Assembly: GCA_963799685.1 (NCBI GenBank)
Contig: CAWCXW010000002.1
Location: forward strand, 46,958-110,957
DNA from: an uncultured Actinomycetota bacterium
GTDB lineage: Bacteria; Actinomycetota; Actinomycetes; Streptomycetales; Streptomycetaceae
DNA length: 64,000 nucleotides
Direction of reading: 5' to 3'
Below the pieces are notes generated by a model, which saw only the letters and a list, made by a program, of their open reading frames with translations, did not search any database and was not told where the DNA came from. Within the stretch, counting starts at the first letter, position 1; the number at the start of each line of letters is the position of its first letter. Shown one piece after another: positions 29,522 through 39,219 of this stretch. The translations under genes were made by a program, and so were the position numbers.

Positions 29522-30250
29522 TCAGGCCGGCTGGGTGGCGGCCGCGATCCGCTCGGCGCGCAGCGCCTCGTACCAGCGGTCGTCGACCGGCGGCAGCGCG
29601 TTCACGTCCAGCGCGAGCTTGAGCATCAGGTCCGCGATCAGCGGGTTGCGGGCGAGGACCGGCCCGTGCATGTAGGTGCCGAAGACCGTGTCGTTCCAGG
29701 CCCCCTCGGTGCCGTCCCCGGTGCCGTTGCCCTTGCCCAGCCGCACCCGGGCCAACGGACGGGCGGTGGGGCCCAGGTGCGTGACGCCCTGGTGGTTCTC
29801 GAAACCGGTCAGCTCCGGCAGCCCGAGCCGGTCGTCGATGTCCGCCAGCACGTCGCCGACGCAGCGCTCGGCCTCGCCGCGGGTGCTGGTGACGTCCAGC
29901 AGGCCCAGGCCCGGCTCGCGCTCGCCCAGGTCGTTGACGAACTCGTGGCCGAGGATCTGGTAGCCGGCGCACACCGAGAAGACGATCGCGCCGTTGTCGA
30001 CGGCTCGGTTCAGCCCGCCGTCCCTGAGCAGCCGGCCGGCGGCCAGCCGCTGCGGCCGGTCCTCGCCGCCGCCGATCAGGTAGATGTCGCCGGAGGTGGG
30101 TACCGGCTGGTCGGAGCGGACGTCCACCCGCTGGACCGCCAGCCCGCGCTGCTGCGCGCGGCGCTCCACCACCAGTGCGTTGCCCTGGTCACCGTAGGTG
30201 CTCAGCAGGTCCGGGTAGATCCACACCAGACGCAGGCTCGTGTCACTCAT
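29522..30250 (-). CDS. gatD: Lipid II isoglutaminyl synthase glutaminase subunit (CobQ/GatD-like)
   Basis: YPDLLSTYGDQGN, GGGED, VCAGYQ, GFENH, TYMHGPVL. Confidence 0.88.
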   Translation of the reverse strand: MSDTSLRLVWIYPDLLSTYGDQGNALVVERRAQQRGLAVQRVDVRSDQPVPTSGDIYLIGGGEDRPQRLAAGRLLRDGGLNRAVDNGAIVFSVCAGYQILGHEFVNDLGEREPGLGLLDVTSTRGEAERCVGDVLADIDDRLGLPELTGFENHQGVTHLGPTARPLARVRLGKGNGTGDGTEGAWNDTVFGTYMHGPVLARNPLIADLMLKLALDVNALPPVDDRWYEALRAERIAAATQPA

Positions 30251-30269
30251 GCTTCGTCGTCCTCCCGGG

Positions 30270-31508
30270 TCAGTTGCCCACGACGCGGCGCAGGTCCTGG
30301 AACGCGGTGTAGTTGGCGATCGCCTCGATACGGCCGGGCGCGCACGCCCGCACCGCCTCCTGCGCGGTGTCGAAGACCTGGAAGTCCACACCGGCGACCT
30401 CCAGCCGCACCGCCAGGTCGAGCCTGCGGTCGCCGATCACGCAGATCGGGTGCCCGGCCAGCCGCGAGTAGTCCACGTCCCACAGCCAGGAGGTGTCCGT
30501 GCCGTCGGCGCCGCGCGCGTTCACCGAGAGGATGACCGGAGCCGGGGGAGGGTCGATCAGCGAAAACGTCTCCAGCCAGCCTGCCGGGTTCTTCGCCAGC
30601 AGCAGCCGGACCTCGCGGCCCAGGTAGGAGATCACGTCGTATCGGCCGGCCACTGCGGTCACCTGGTGCATACGGTCCAGTGCCACCTGCGGCGCCACGC
30701 CGAAGACGGCCGCGACGGCGGCGGAGGTGGCCGCGTTGGCCTTGTTCGCCCGTCCGGGCAGCTGCAGCCGGATGGGCCACGCCGAGCCGTGCGGGTCCAG
30801 GAGGTGGTCCTCCGACAGCGCCCAGGTCGGCGTCGGGCGCCGGAAGCCGCACTCGCCGCACAGCCACTCGTCCCCCGGCCGCTGCAGCACACCGCCGCAG
30901 GACGGGCACGACCAGGCGTCGTCCTTCCACTCCTGTCCGGCGGCCACCCACACCACGTTCGGGGAGGAGGACGCGGCCCACACCACCAGCGGATCGTCGG
31001 CGTTGGCGATGATCACCGCCTTCGAGCCGGACAGGCCCTCCCGCCAGCGCTCCGCGAGCATCCGGGTCTCCGCGGCGCGGTCGAGCTGGTCGCGGGAGAG
31101 GTTCAGCAGGGCGATCGCCTTGGGCGTCACGTCGCGCGCCACCCCGGCCAGGTACTTCTCGTCGACCTCGATCACGCCGTACTGCGCGTCCGAGCCGCCG
31201 GCCAGCGCGGAGGTGATCCCCGCGGGCATGTTGGCGCCCAGCGCGTTGGAGACCACCCCGCCGCTCGCGCGCAGCGCCTCGGCGATGAGCCGGGTCGTGG
31301 TCGTCTTGCCGTTCGTGGCCGAGACCAGGATGACGTCCAGATGCCGGGCCAGGCTCGCCAGCAGTTCCGGCTCCAGCCTGAGCGCGACCTTGCCGCCGAT
31401 CACCGACCCGCTGCCGCGGCCCGCCGCCCGCGACACCGCCGCTGCGGCCCTGCCCGCCGTCACGGCCAGTCTGGCGCGCGGCGACAGCGGCTCCGTGTTG
31501 CCTGGCAT
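30270..31508 (-). CDS. murT: MurT ligase (Mur ligase plus DUF1727)
   Basis: ATNGKTTT, GANM, EVDE, NLSRDQLDR, CxxC pairs, LAKNPAG, DTSWLWDVD, NYTA. Confidence 0.9.
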   Translation of the reverse strand: MPGNTEPLSPRARLAVTAGRAAAAVSRAAGRGSGSVIGGKVALRLEPELLASLARHLDVILVSATNGKTTTTRLIAEALRASGGVVSNALGANMPAGITSALAGGSDAQYGVIEVDEKYLAGVARDVTPKAIALLNLSRDQLDRAAETRMLAERWREGLSGSKAVIIANADDPLVVWAASSSPNVVWVAAGQEWKDDAWSCPSCGGVLQRPGDEWLCGECGFRRPTPTWALSEDHLLDPHGSAWPIRLQLPGRANKANAATSAAVAAVFGVAPQVALDRMHQVTAVAGRYDVISYLGREVRLLLAKNPAGWLETFSLIDPPPAPVILSVNARGADGTDTSWLWDVDYSRLAGHPICVIGDRRLDLAVRLEVAGVDFQVFDTAQEAVRACAPGRIEAIANYTAFQDLRRVVGN

Positions 31509-31618
31509 CGTCCTCGATCCTCCTTGACCACTCGGTGAGCGGCCAGCCTATCGAGATCCGCCGCCGGTACCGAACCGCGGCACCCGGGGAGCGCGAGGCC
31601 GCCCGTAGGGTGGCGAGC

Positions 31619-32155
31619 ATGCCACGTCCCCCCATCCCGGGTAGCGGCGGATCGCCGCGCCCGCTGCGGCTGTTCGGCGACCCGGTGCTGCACACGCCGT
31701 GCCGGGCGGTCACTCCTGCGGACGGGCCGCTCGAGGAGCTGGTGGAGAACCTGTTCGCCACGATGTACGCGGCCCGCGGCGTGGGGCTGGCCGCCAACCA
31801 GATCGGCGTGCCGCTGCGGGTGTTCGTCTTCGACTGTCCCGATGAGGACGACCGGAACCGCCGCGGCCACGTGATCAATCCACGGCTGGTGGAGACCGGC
31901 GGTCCGACGGTGCGCGGCCCGGAGGGCTGCCTGTCATTGCCCGGCTTCGAAGCCGGAACGCCGCGGGCCGACCGGGCGGTCGTCGCCGGAGAGGACCTGC
32001 GGGGCCGGCCGGTCCGGGTGACGGCCGACGGGTTCCAGGCCCGCTGTCTGCAGCACGAGTGCGACCACCTCGAGGGCCGGGTCTGCACCGAGCTCCTGCG
32101 TGGCGTGAGCCGGCTGCGCGCCAGGCGGGCGGCCGGCCGTCTCGGCCGTTCCTGA
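31619..32155 (+). CDS. def: Peptide deformylase
   Basis: GVGLAANQ, EGCLS, QHECDHL. Confidence 0.92.
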   Translation: MPRPPIPGSGGSPRPLRLFGDPVLHTPCRAVTPADGPLEELVENLFATMYAARGVGLAANQIGVPLRVFVFDCPDEDDRNRRGHVINPRLVETGGPTVRGPEGCLSLPGFEAGTPRADRAVVAGEDLRGRPVRVTADGFQARCLQHECDHLEGRVCTELLRGVSRLRARRAAGRLGRS

Positions 32156-32187
32156 TCGCCTCCGGAGGTCGGGAACAGCCCCCGGGT

Positions 32188-32823
32188 TCAGAACGCGGGC
32201 GCCCCGGCCCGTTCGCCGGTGGAGGCCAGCCGGCCCCAGAGCAGGTCCGTGAGATGGCCGACCAGCTGCGCCCGGGGGAAGGGGCGCTCGTGAAGCCACC
32301 AGTCGCCGGCCGCGTGCATCATGCCGACGATGCCGTGCCCCCAGGCCCGTGCCTGCGCGATGCCCTCCGGGCCCAGGTCGACCCGTTCCTCGATCACCTT
32401 GGCCAGTTCCTCGCCGAGCCGGCGCAACAGCGGCGCGGTGTGCCGGCCGATGTCGAAGCCGCCGGAGCCGCCGTCCTCGGCCGGGTGCATCAGGAACCGG
32501 TAGACCTGTGGCCTGGCCTCGATGGCCGAGAGGTAGGTGTCCAGGGTGTTCTCCACCCGGCGGCGCCGGTCGGCCGGCGCGTCCAGTGCGGCCCGGAGGG
32601 CGTCCAGCAGTGCGTCGGTGTGCCGAGCGGCGAGCGCCCGGTACAGCCCGCCCTTGTCCCCGAAGTGTCGGTACAGGATCGGTTTGGTGATGCCCGCCTC
32701 CGCGGCGATGGCATTCATGGAGGCGCTTGGCCCCTCCCGCAGCACCACCCGGTCGGCTGCCTCCAGCAACTCGGTCCGCCGCCGGGCCGAACTGGTGTGG
32801 CCTGCGCCGTCTCTGGTCGCCAT
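32188..32823 (-). CDS. TetR family regulator
   Basis: LLEAADRVV...SMNAIAAEAGITKPILYRHFGDK. Confidence 0.92.
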   Translation of the reverse strand: MATRDGAGHTSSARRRTELLEAADRVVLREGPSASMNAIAAEAGITKPILYRHFGDKGGLYRALAARHTDALLDALRAALDAPADRRRRVENTLDTYLSAIEARPQVYRFLMHPAEDGGSGGFDIGRHTAPLLRRLGEELAKVIEERVDLGPEGIAQARAWGHGIVGMMHAAGDWWLHERPFPRAQLVGHLTDLLWGRLASTGERAGAPAF

Positions 32824-32844
32824 CGTCTGGTACACCTCCGCAGG

Positions 32845-32893
32845 TTGACATGGTCTACCGGTCGGTAACACACTTCGGGTTACCGATAGTAAC
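32845..32893 (+). promoter_or_regulatory. Acyl-CoA dehydrogenase promoter with candidate TetR operators
   Basis: TTGACA at 32845-32850; GTTAC-N5-GTAAC at 32879-32893; related CTACC-N4-GGTAA at 32855-32868. Confidence 0.55.
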
Positions 32894-32914
32894 AACCTTG
32901 GGAAGGGGCCCGGG

Positions 32915-34141
<1,227 letters not shown>

Positions 34142-34283
34142 CTTTTCCTGGGTCCGTCCGGGTGAATCCCGCTCTGAGGGCACAACCAAAACGGCTCTTG
34201 CTCGGAATACAGGGCGGCGGACGGAAAGCGTCCGCCGCGGACCCACGCCGGGTCCGCACGCCTCATGAGTAAGGACTTCCCAG

Positions 34284-34571
34284 ATGGCACGTCTCCTCAA
34301 GACCGCCGCCCTCACGGCCGGCGCCGGCGCGATGCTCGTCGCGGGTGCCGGTGTGGCCGCGGCCGACGCCGGCGCCCAGGGTGCCGCCGTCGGTTCGCCC
34401 GGCGTCGTCTCGGGCAACTCCGTTCAGGTTCCGGTTCACATTCCGGTCAACGTGTGCGGCAACTCCGTCAACATCCTGGGCGGCGTGCTGAACCCCACGT
34501 TCGGCAACGTCTGCGTCAACGCCTCGGGCGACCACGCGGACCACAGGAAGAAGCACCACCACGGCTGGTGA
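34284..34571 (+). CDS. Short chaplin (DUF320) with His-rich C-terminal tail
   Basis: Signal peptide, then GAAVGSPGVVSGNSVQVPVHIPVNVCGNSVN...LNPTFGNVCVN, then ASGDHADHRKKHHHGW. Confidence 0.92.
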   Translation: MARLLKTAALTAGAGAMLVAGAGVAAADAGAQGAAVGSPGVVSGNSVQVPVHIPVNVCGNSVNILGGVLNPTFGNVCVNASGDHADHRKKHHHGW

Positions 34572-34597
34572 CACCGGCTCCCGTTCATCGGGGCCGT

Positions 34598-34626
34598 CGC
34601 CCCGGGACGCCACGCGTCCCGGGGCG
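34598..34626 (+). terminator. 13-bp hairpin after the chaplin gene
   Basis: CGCCCCGGGACGC-CAC-GCGTCCCGGGGCG. Confidence 0.6.
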
Positions 34627-34713
34627 CCGTCGTGTCGGCTCCGGCCGCCGCCGATCGGGTGGCGCAGGCCGCCCCACCGCGAGCCGGGCACGCCCACGTG
34701 GAAGGCAGCAACC

Positions 34714-35154
34714 GTGAAACTCGCCACCAGAGCCCGCCACGTCGCGCCCCGTCTCGCCACCGGGACCTTCATCCTCAACTCCGGGCTGAGTAAGCGGGAC
34801 AGGCTCGATGACGACCAGACCGCCGCGGGCCTGCACAGCATGGCCCGCGGCGCCTATCCGTTCCTCGACCAGTTGCCACCCCGCACCTTTCTGAGGCTGC
34901 TCTGCGGGGCCGAGATCGCCCTCGGCGGCGCACTCCTTGCCCTGCCGCTCGTCCCCACGGTGCTCGCCGGGGCCGGTCTCACCGCCTTCTCCGGTTCGCT
35001 GATCGGCGTCTACCTGCGAACCCCTGGCATGCGACGCGAAGGATCCCTCGTCCCCACGGATACCGGCCTGCTGCTGGCCAAGGACGTGTGGATGCTCGGT
35101 ATCGGGCTCGGATTCCTCACCGACGCCGTGGTCACCCGGCTGACCCGCCGCTGA
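34714..35154 (+). CDS. DoxX-like membrane protein
   Basis: PRLATGTFILNSGLSK...EIALG...LAKDVWMLG, hydrophobic helices. Confidence 0.75.
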   Translation: MKLATRARHVAPRLATGTFILNSGLSKRDRLDDDQTAAGLHSMARGAYPFLDQLPPRTFLRLLCGAEIALGGALLALPLVPTVLAGAGLTAFSGSLIGVYLRTPGMRREGSLVPTDTGLLLAKDVWMLGIGLGFLTDAVVTRLTRR

Positions 35155-35179
35155 CCGTCCCGGCGCGTACGCTCCCGGC

Positions 35180-35570
35180 ATGAGCAGCGACCACGACGAG
35201 TCGGTCCGTGCGGCCATCGAGGCAGAACTCCGCCTGCTGGAGCCGGCGGTGCGGGCCGATCCGGACAGCTGGGAGGCCCTGCTGGACCCGGAGTTCACCG
35301 AGATCGGTTCCTCCGGACGGTGCTGGGACCGCACATCGGTCCAGCATCTGATGGCGGCCTCCGCGCAATGCCCGGGACCACCCTGTGACGGTCATCGGCA
35401 TGGCCGGCGTGCTGCTGGCACCCGGGATCGTCCACCTCAGCTACCTGTCCGAGGCCGGCGACCGGTGGGTGCGGCGCAGCTCGGTGTGGCGGCATCACCC
35501 CACCGGTTGGCGGATGTTCTTCCACCAGGGCACCCCCACCCAGGAAGAACCGCCCACGGCACTCGGGTGA
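35180..35570 (+). CDS. DUF4440 / NTF2-like protein, frameshift near 35380
   Basis: AELRLLEPAVR...LLDPEFTEIGSSGR in one frame; RRSSVWR...WRMFFHQGTP in another. Confidence 0.78.
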
Positions 35571-35673
35571 CCTGGCGGCCGCGCCGCCCGCGGCCCCCGG
35601 CATGCGGGGCCGATGATCGACACCGGCCACACCGGTGCCGCCCGTGTGCCGGGTGGCACGGAGGTGACCCGAG

Positions 35674-37387
35674 GTGCGCATCCTGCTCGTCGCAACGGCC
35701 TTCAACAGCCTGACCCAGCGTGTCTTCGCCGAACTCGGCGACCGCGGACACCAGGTCGGCGTCGAACTGGCGCTCTCCCCCCAGGCGCTGCGCGAGGCCG
35801 TCGACCGTGACGCCCCCGACCTGGTCGTCGCACCCATGCTCAGGACGGCCGTGCCACGGGAGATCTTCTCCGCACACACCTGCCTCATCGTCCACCCCGG
35901 CCCGCCCGGCGACCGCGGGCCCTCCTCCCTCGACCGGGCCGTGCTGGACGGGGAGAACCGGTGGGGCGTCACCGTCCTGCAGGCGGAGGAGGAGATGGAC
36001 GCCGGACCAGTGTGGGCGTGGGCGCCCTGCGACCTGCCGCCCGCGGGCAAGAGCGACCTGTACCGTGGCGAGATCGCCGACGCTGCGCTGGAGGCCGTGA
36101 CCTCTGGCCGTCGAGCGCTACGCGTCCGGCGGTTGGACCCCCACACCGCAGTCCGCCCCGGACATCCGGTCCCGGGTGCGCACCCGGCCCCCCGTGCGGC
36201 AGCCGGAGCGCCGCATCGACTGGACCGCGGACGGCACCGAGACGGTGCTGCGCAAGCTGTACGCCGCCGACTCCCAGCCCGGCGTACTCGACGAACTCCT
36301 CGGCGCGCACTGGTTCCTGCACGGCGGTCACCGCGAAGACCGGCTGCGCGGCGACCCGGGACAGCTGTTGGCGACCCACGCCGAGGCGGTCTGCCGGGCC
36401 ACCACCGACGGTGCCGTGTGGATCCCGCAGCTGCGCCGCCGCCGCACTTCCGGCGGGCCGCCCACCTGGGCCCTGCCGGCCGCCCTCGCCCTGGGGGCCG
36501 ACCTGCCGCCGCTCCCCGATCTGCCCGGCGTCACCGGGCCCGAACAGCAGCCCGCCACGTCGTGGAGCGACATCGTCTACCGCGAGAACGGGCCCGTGGG
36601 GTACCTGCGTTTCTCCTTCGCCGGGGGAGCGATGAGCACCGGTCGCTGCCGCCGGCTGCTGGCCGCCTACCGCGCCGCGTGCACCCGGCCCACCTCGCTG
36701 CTCGTCCTCGGCGGCACCCGCGACTTCTTCTCGAACGGGATCCATCTCGGCGTCATCGAATCGTCCGCAGACCCGGCGACCGAGTCCTGGGAGAACCTGC
36801 TCGCCATGGACGATCTCGTCGAGGCGGTCCTGACCACCACCGACCGGCTGGTCGTCGCCGCCCTCGCCGGGAACGCCGCCGCGGGCGGCGCGATGCTCGC
36901 CCTGGCCGCCGACGAGGTGTGGTGCCGGCACGGTGCCGTCCTCAACCCGCACTACCGGCTCATGGGCCTGTACGGCTCGGAGTACTGGACACACACCCTG
37001 CCACGCCGGGCGGGCGCACGGACCGCCGAACGTCTCGTCAGGCAGGCCCTGCCCGTCAGCGCCGGCACTGCGCACCGCATGGGCCTGGTCGATCAGGTCG
37101 TGCGGTGCGGCCCCGGCGACTTCGCAGGCCACGTGACCCGGCTGGCCAACCGCACGGCGAGCGCCGCGCACACCGCGGCGCGGATCGCCGGGAAGAAGGC
37201 CGCCCTCGAACAACAGCAGGAGCGCCGGCCCCTGTCCGTCTTCCGCGAGGACGAACTCGCACGCATGCACCGCACCTTCTTCGATCCCGACCACCCCTAC
37301 CACGCACTGCGTGCGGCGTTCGTGCACAAGAGCCCGTCCGACCGTACCCCCGAGCACCTGCGCGGTCTGCTGCGGGAACGGCTGTGA
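35674..37387 (+). CDS. hypX: Hydrogenase maturation factor HypX/HoxX (formyltransferase plus crotonase domains), frameshift near 36100
   Basis: FNSLTQR, HPGPPGDRGPSSLD, EEMDAG; second frame ADSQPG, GAMST, FSNGIHL, NAAAGG, NPHYRLMGLYGSEYWT. Confidence 0.88.
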
Positions 37388-37929
37388 GCGGCACGCCGGC
37401 CGACGGCTCGCCGCCGCGGCGCACCCTCATCGCCGGCATCGGCAACGTCTTCCTCGGTGACGACGGTTTCGGCGTCGAGGTGGTGCGCCGCCTCGCAGGC
37501 CGGCCGCTGCCGGCCGGGGCCGAGACGGCGGACATCGGCGTGCGCGGTGTCCACCTCGCCTACCAGTTGCTCGACGGCTACGACACCGCCGTGCTGGTGG
37601 ACACGACCCGGCGCGGTGGGCCACCCGGCACCGTCTACCTCATCGACGCCGGACAGACCGAACATGTCGAGCCGGGGCAGGCCCTGCTCGACGGTCACCG
37701 GATGGCACCCGACGCCGTCCTCGCGCTGCTGGACACCCTCAGCGCCGGGACCGGCGGCGGCCGGCCCAGGACCGTCTGGGTCGTCGGATGCGAGCCGGCC
37801 GCACTGGAGGAGCACATGGGGCTGAGCGAGCCGGTAGCAGCCGCCGTCGAGGAGGCCGTCCGGCTGGTGCTGCGGACAGTGGCCGCCGAGCCGGCTGTCA
37901 CACCCGACGCCGCACCACCCGTCACCTGA
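37384..37929 (+). CDS. Hydrogenase maturation endopeptidase (HybD/HycI family)
   Basis: AGIGNVFLGDDGFG, D.GVRG, DGH, VGCEP, GLSEPV; GTGA overlap with hypX. Confidence 0.9.
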   Translation: MSGTPADGSPPRRTLIAGIGNVFLGDDGFGVEVVRRLAGRPLPAGAETADIGVRGVHLAYQLLDGYDTAVLVDTTRRGGPPGTVYLIDAGQTEHVEPGQALLDGHRMAPDAVLALLDTLSAGTGGGRPRTVWVVGCEPAALEEHMGLSEPVAAAVEEAVRLVLRTVAAEPAVTPDAAPPVT

Positions 37930-38072
37930 CCGCACCGGCGTGCCCGCCGCCCGCAGCCCGAACGGCCCACGCCCAGGCTCGCGCTGCGGCGTGGCGGAAC
38001 CCCAGGGGGCGCGGACCGCCCTGTAATGGAGCCGTCCGGAACGGGCCGTCGCCGCAGACCGGGAGGTGAACG

Positions 38073-38450
38073 GTGCACGAGATGTCCCTCGCCATGGCCG
38101 TAATCGACCAGGTGGAACACGCGGCCGCCGAGAACGGGGCCACTGCGGTGAGCGCCGTGCGTGTCCAGGTCGGCGAACTCGCCGGAGTCGTGGGCGACGC
38201 TCTCCGGTTCAGCTTCTCCCTCGCCTGCGCCGGCACCGTCCTGGAGGGCGCCGAACTGCTCACCGAGGACGTGCCCGGCCGGGCACGGTGCGCACCCTGC
38301 GCGACCGGATGGGACACCGGCATGCCCCCGAAGCTGTGCTGCCCGGCCTGCGGCGGAGCCGCCGAACTGCTCTCGGGCCGGGAGTTGCAGATCACCGGCG
38401 TTCAGTGGGACGCCAATGCCGTCCGAGAACCCGTCACCGAAGGGAGCTGA
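38073..38450 (+). CDS. hypA: Nickel metallochaperone HypA
   Basis: MHEMSLA; CAPC and CPAC zinc site; SGREL. Confidence 0.95.
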   Translation: MHEMSLAMAVIDQVEHAAAENGATAVSAVRVQVGELAGVVGDALRFSFSLACAGTVLEGAELLTEDVPGRARCAPCATGWDTGMPPKLCCPACGGAAELLSGRELQITGVQWDANAVREPVTEGS

Positions 38451-38457
38451 CCCGCAC

Positions 38458-39219
38458 ATGTGCCGTGTCACGGATCTGCAGCAGGCGGTACTGGCGCACA
38501 ACGACGACCATGCGCGGATGCTGCGCGCCGAACTCACCGCGAAGGGCACCGCGGTGATCAACATGCTCTCCAGCCCCGGCAGCGGCAAGACCGCGCTTCT
38601 CGAGGCGGAACTGCGCCTCGCTCGGCAGCGGGACCTGGCGGTGGCCGCCCTTACCGCCGACCTGGCCACCGAGAACGACGCAAGGCGGCTCGCCCGCGCC
38701 GGAGCGCCCGTCAAACAGGTGCTCACCGACGGGCTGTGTCACCTGGAGGCCGACATGCTGCGCGGCCACCTGGACGGCTGGCTGCCCACCGGGACCCGGC
38801 TGCTGTTCGTCGAGAACGTCGGCAACCTGGTCTGCCCCGCCGCATACGACCTGGGAGAGTCGCTGCGCGTGGTCCTCGCCTCCGTCACCGAGGGCGAGGA
38901 CAAGCCGCTGAAGTACCCCACCGCCTTCGGTCTCGCCCAACTCGTCGTCGTCACCAAGGAGGACATCGCCGAGGCGGCGGGCTTCGACCGGGACGTCTTC
39001 CTCGCCGCCGTCCAGCAAGTCAACCCCGGCGTCGAGGTCGTCTTCACCTCCGCGCGCAGCGAGAAGGGCCTGGGGACCCTGCTGGACCGGGCACTGGCCG
39101 TCCAGCAGGGCACGCCGCCGCACCGGCCGGCGATGTCCGGGGCGGCCGTCGCACACCACCGCGGCCACGCACACGACCACGCCGAGAGCCCGACGGCACC
39201 GGCTTCCGCCCGCCCGTGA
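38458..39219 (+). CDS. hypB: Nickel insertion GTPase HypB
   Basis: SSPGSGKT, CHLEA, ENVGNLVCP, EGEDKPLKYP; His-rich C-terminus. Confidence 0.95.
   Translation: MCRVTDLQQAVLAHNDDHARMLRAELTAKGTAVINMLSSPGSGKTALLEAELRLARQRDLAVAALTADLATENDARRLARAGAPVKQVLTDGLCHLEADMLRGHLDGWLPTGTRLLFVENVGNLVCPAAYDLGESLRVVLASVTEGEDKPLKYPTAFGLAQLVVVTKEDIAEAAGFDRDVFLAAVQQVNPGVEVVFTSARSEKGLGTLLDRALAVQQGTPPHRPAMSGAAVAHHRGHAHDHAESPTAPASARP

Noticed and set aside
31619-32155. Peptide deformylase as a possible formate/formyl partner for HypX
   Set aside because: It sits in the murT-TetR-acyl-CoA dehydrogenase context, multiple def paralogues are normal in streptomycetes, and nothing links it to hypX.
34181-34210. Possible BldN-type promoter for the chaplin (CAACC...CGGAAT)
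   Set aside because: The -10 match to CGTTGA is too poor to call.
35674-37929. 751-aa ORF that looks like a HypX formyltransferase-protease fusion
   Set aside because: Created by the frameshift near 36100; the real HypX middle is in ORF 36176-37387 and the protease has its own GTG at 37384.
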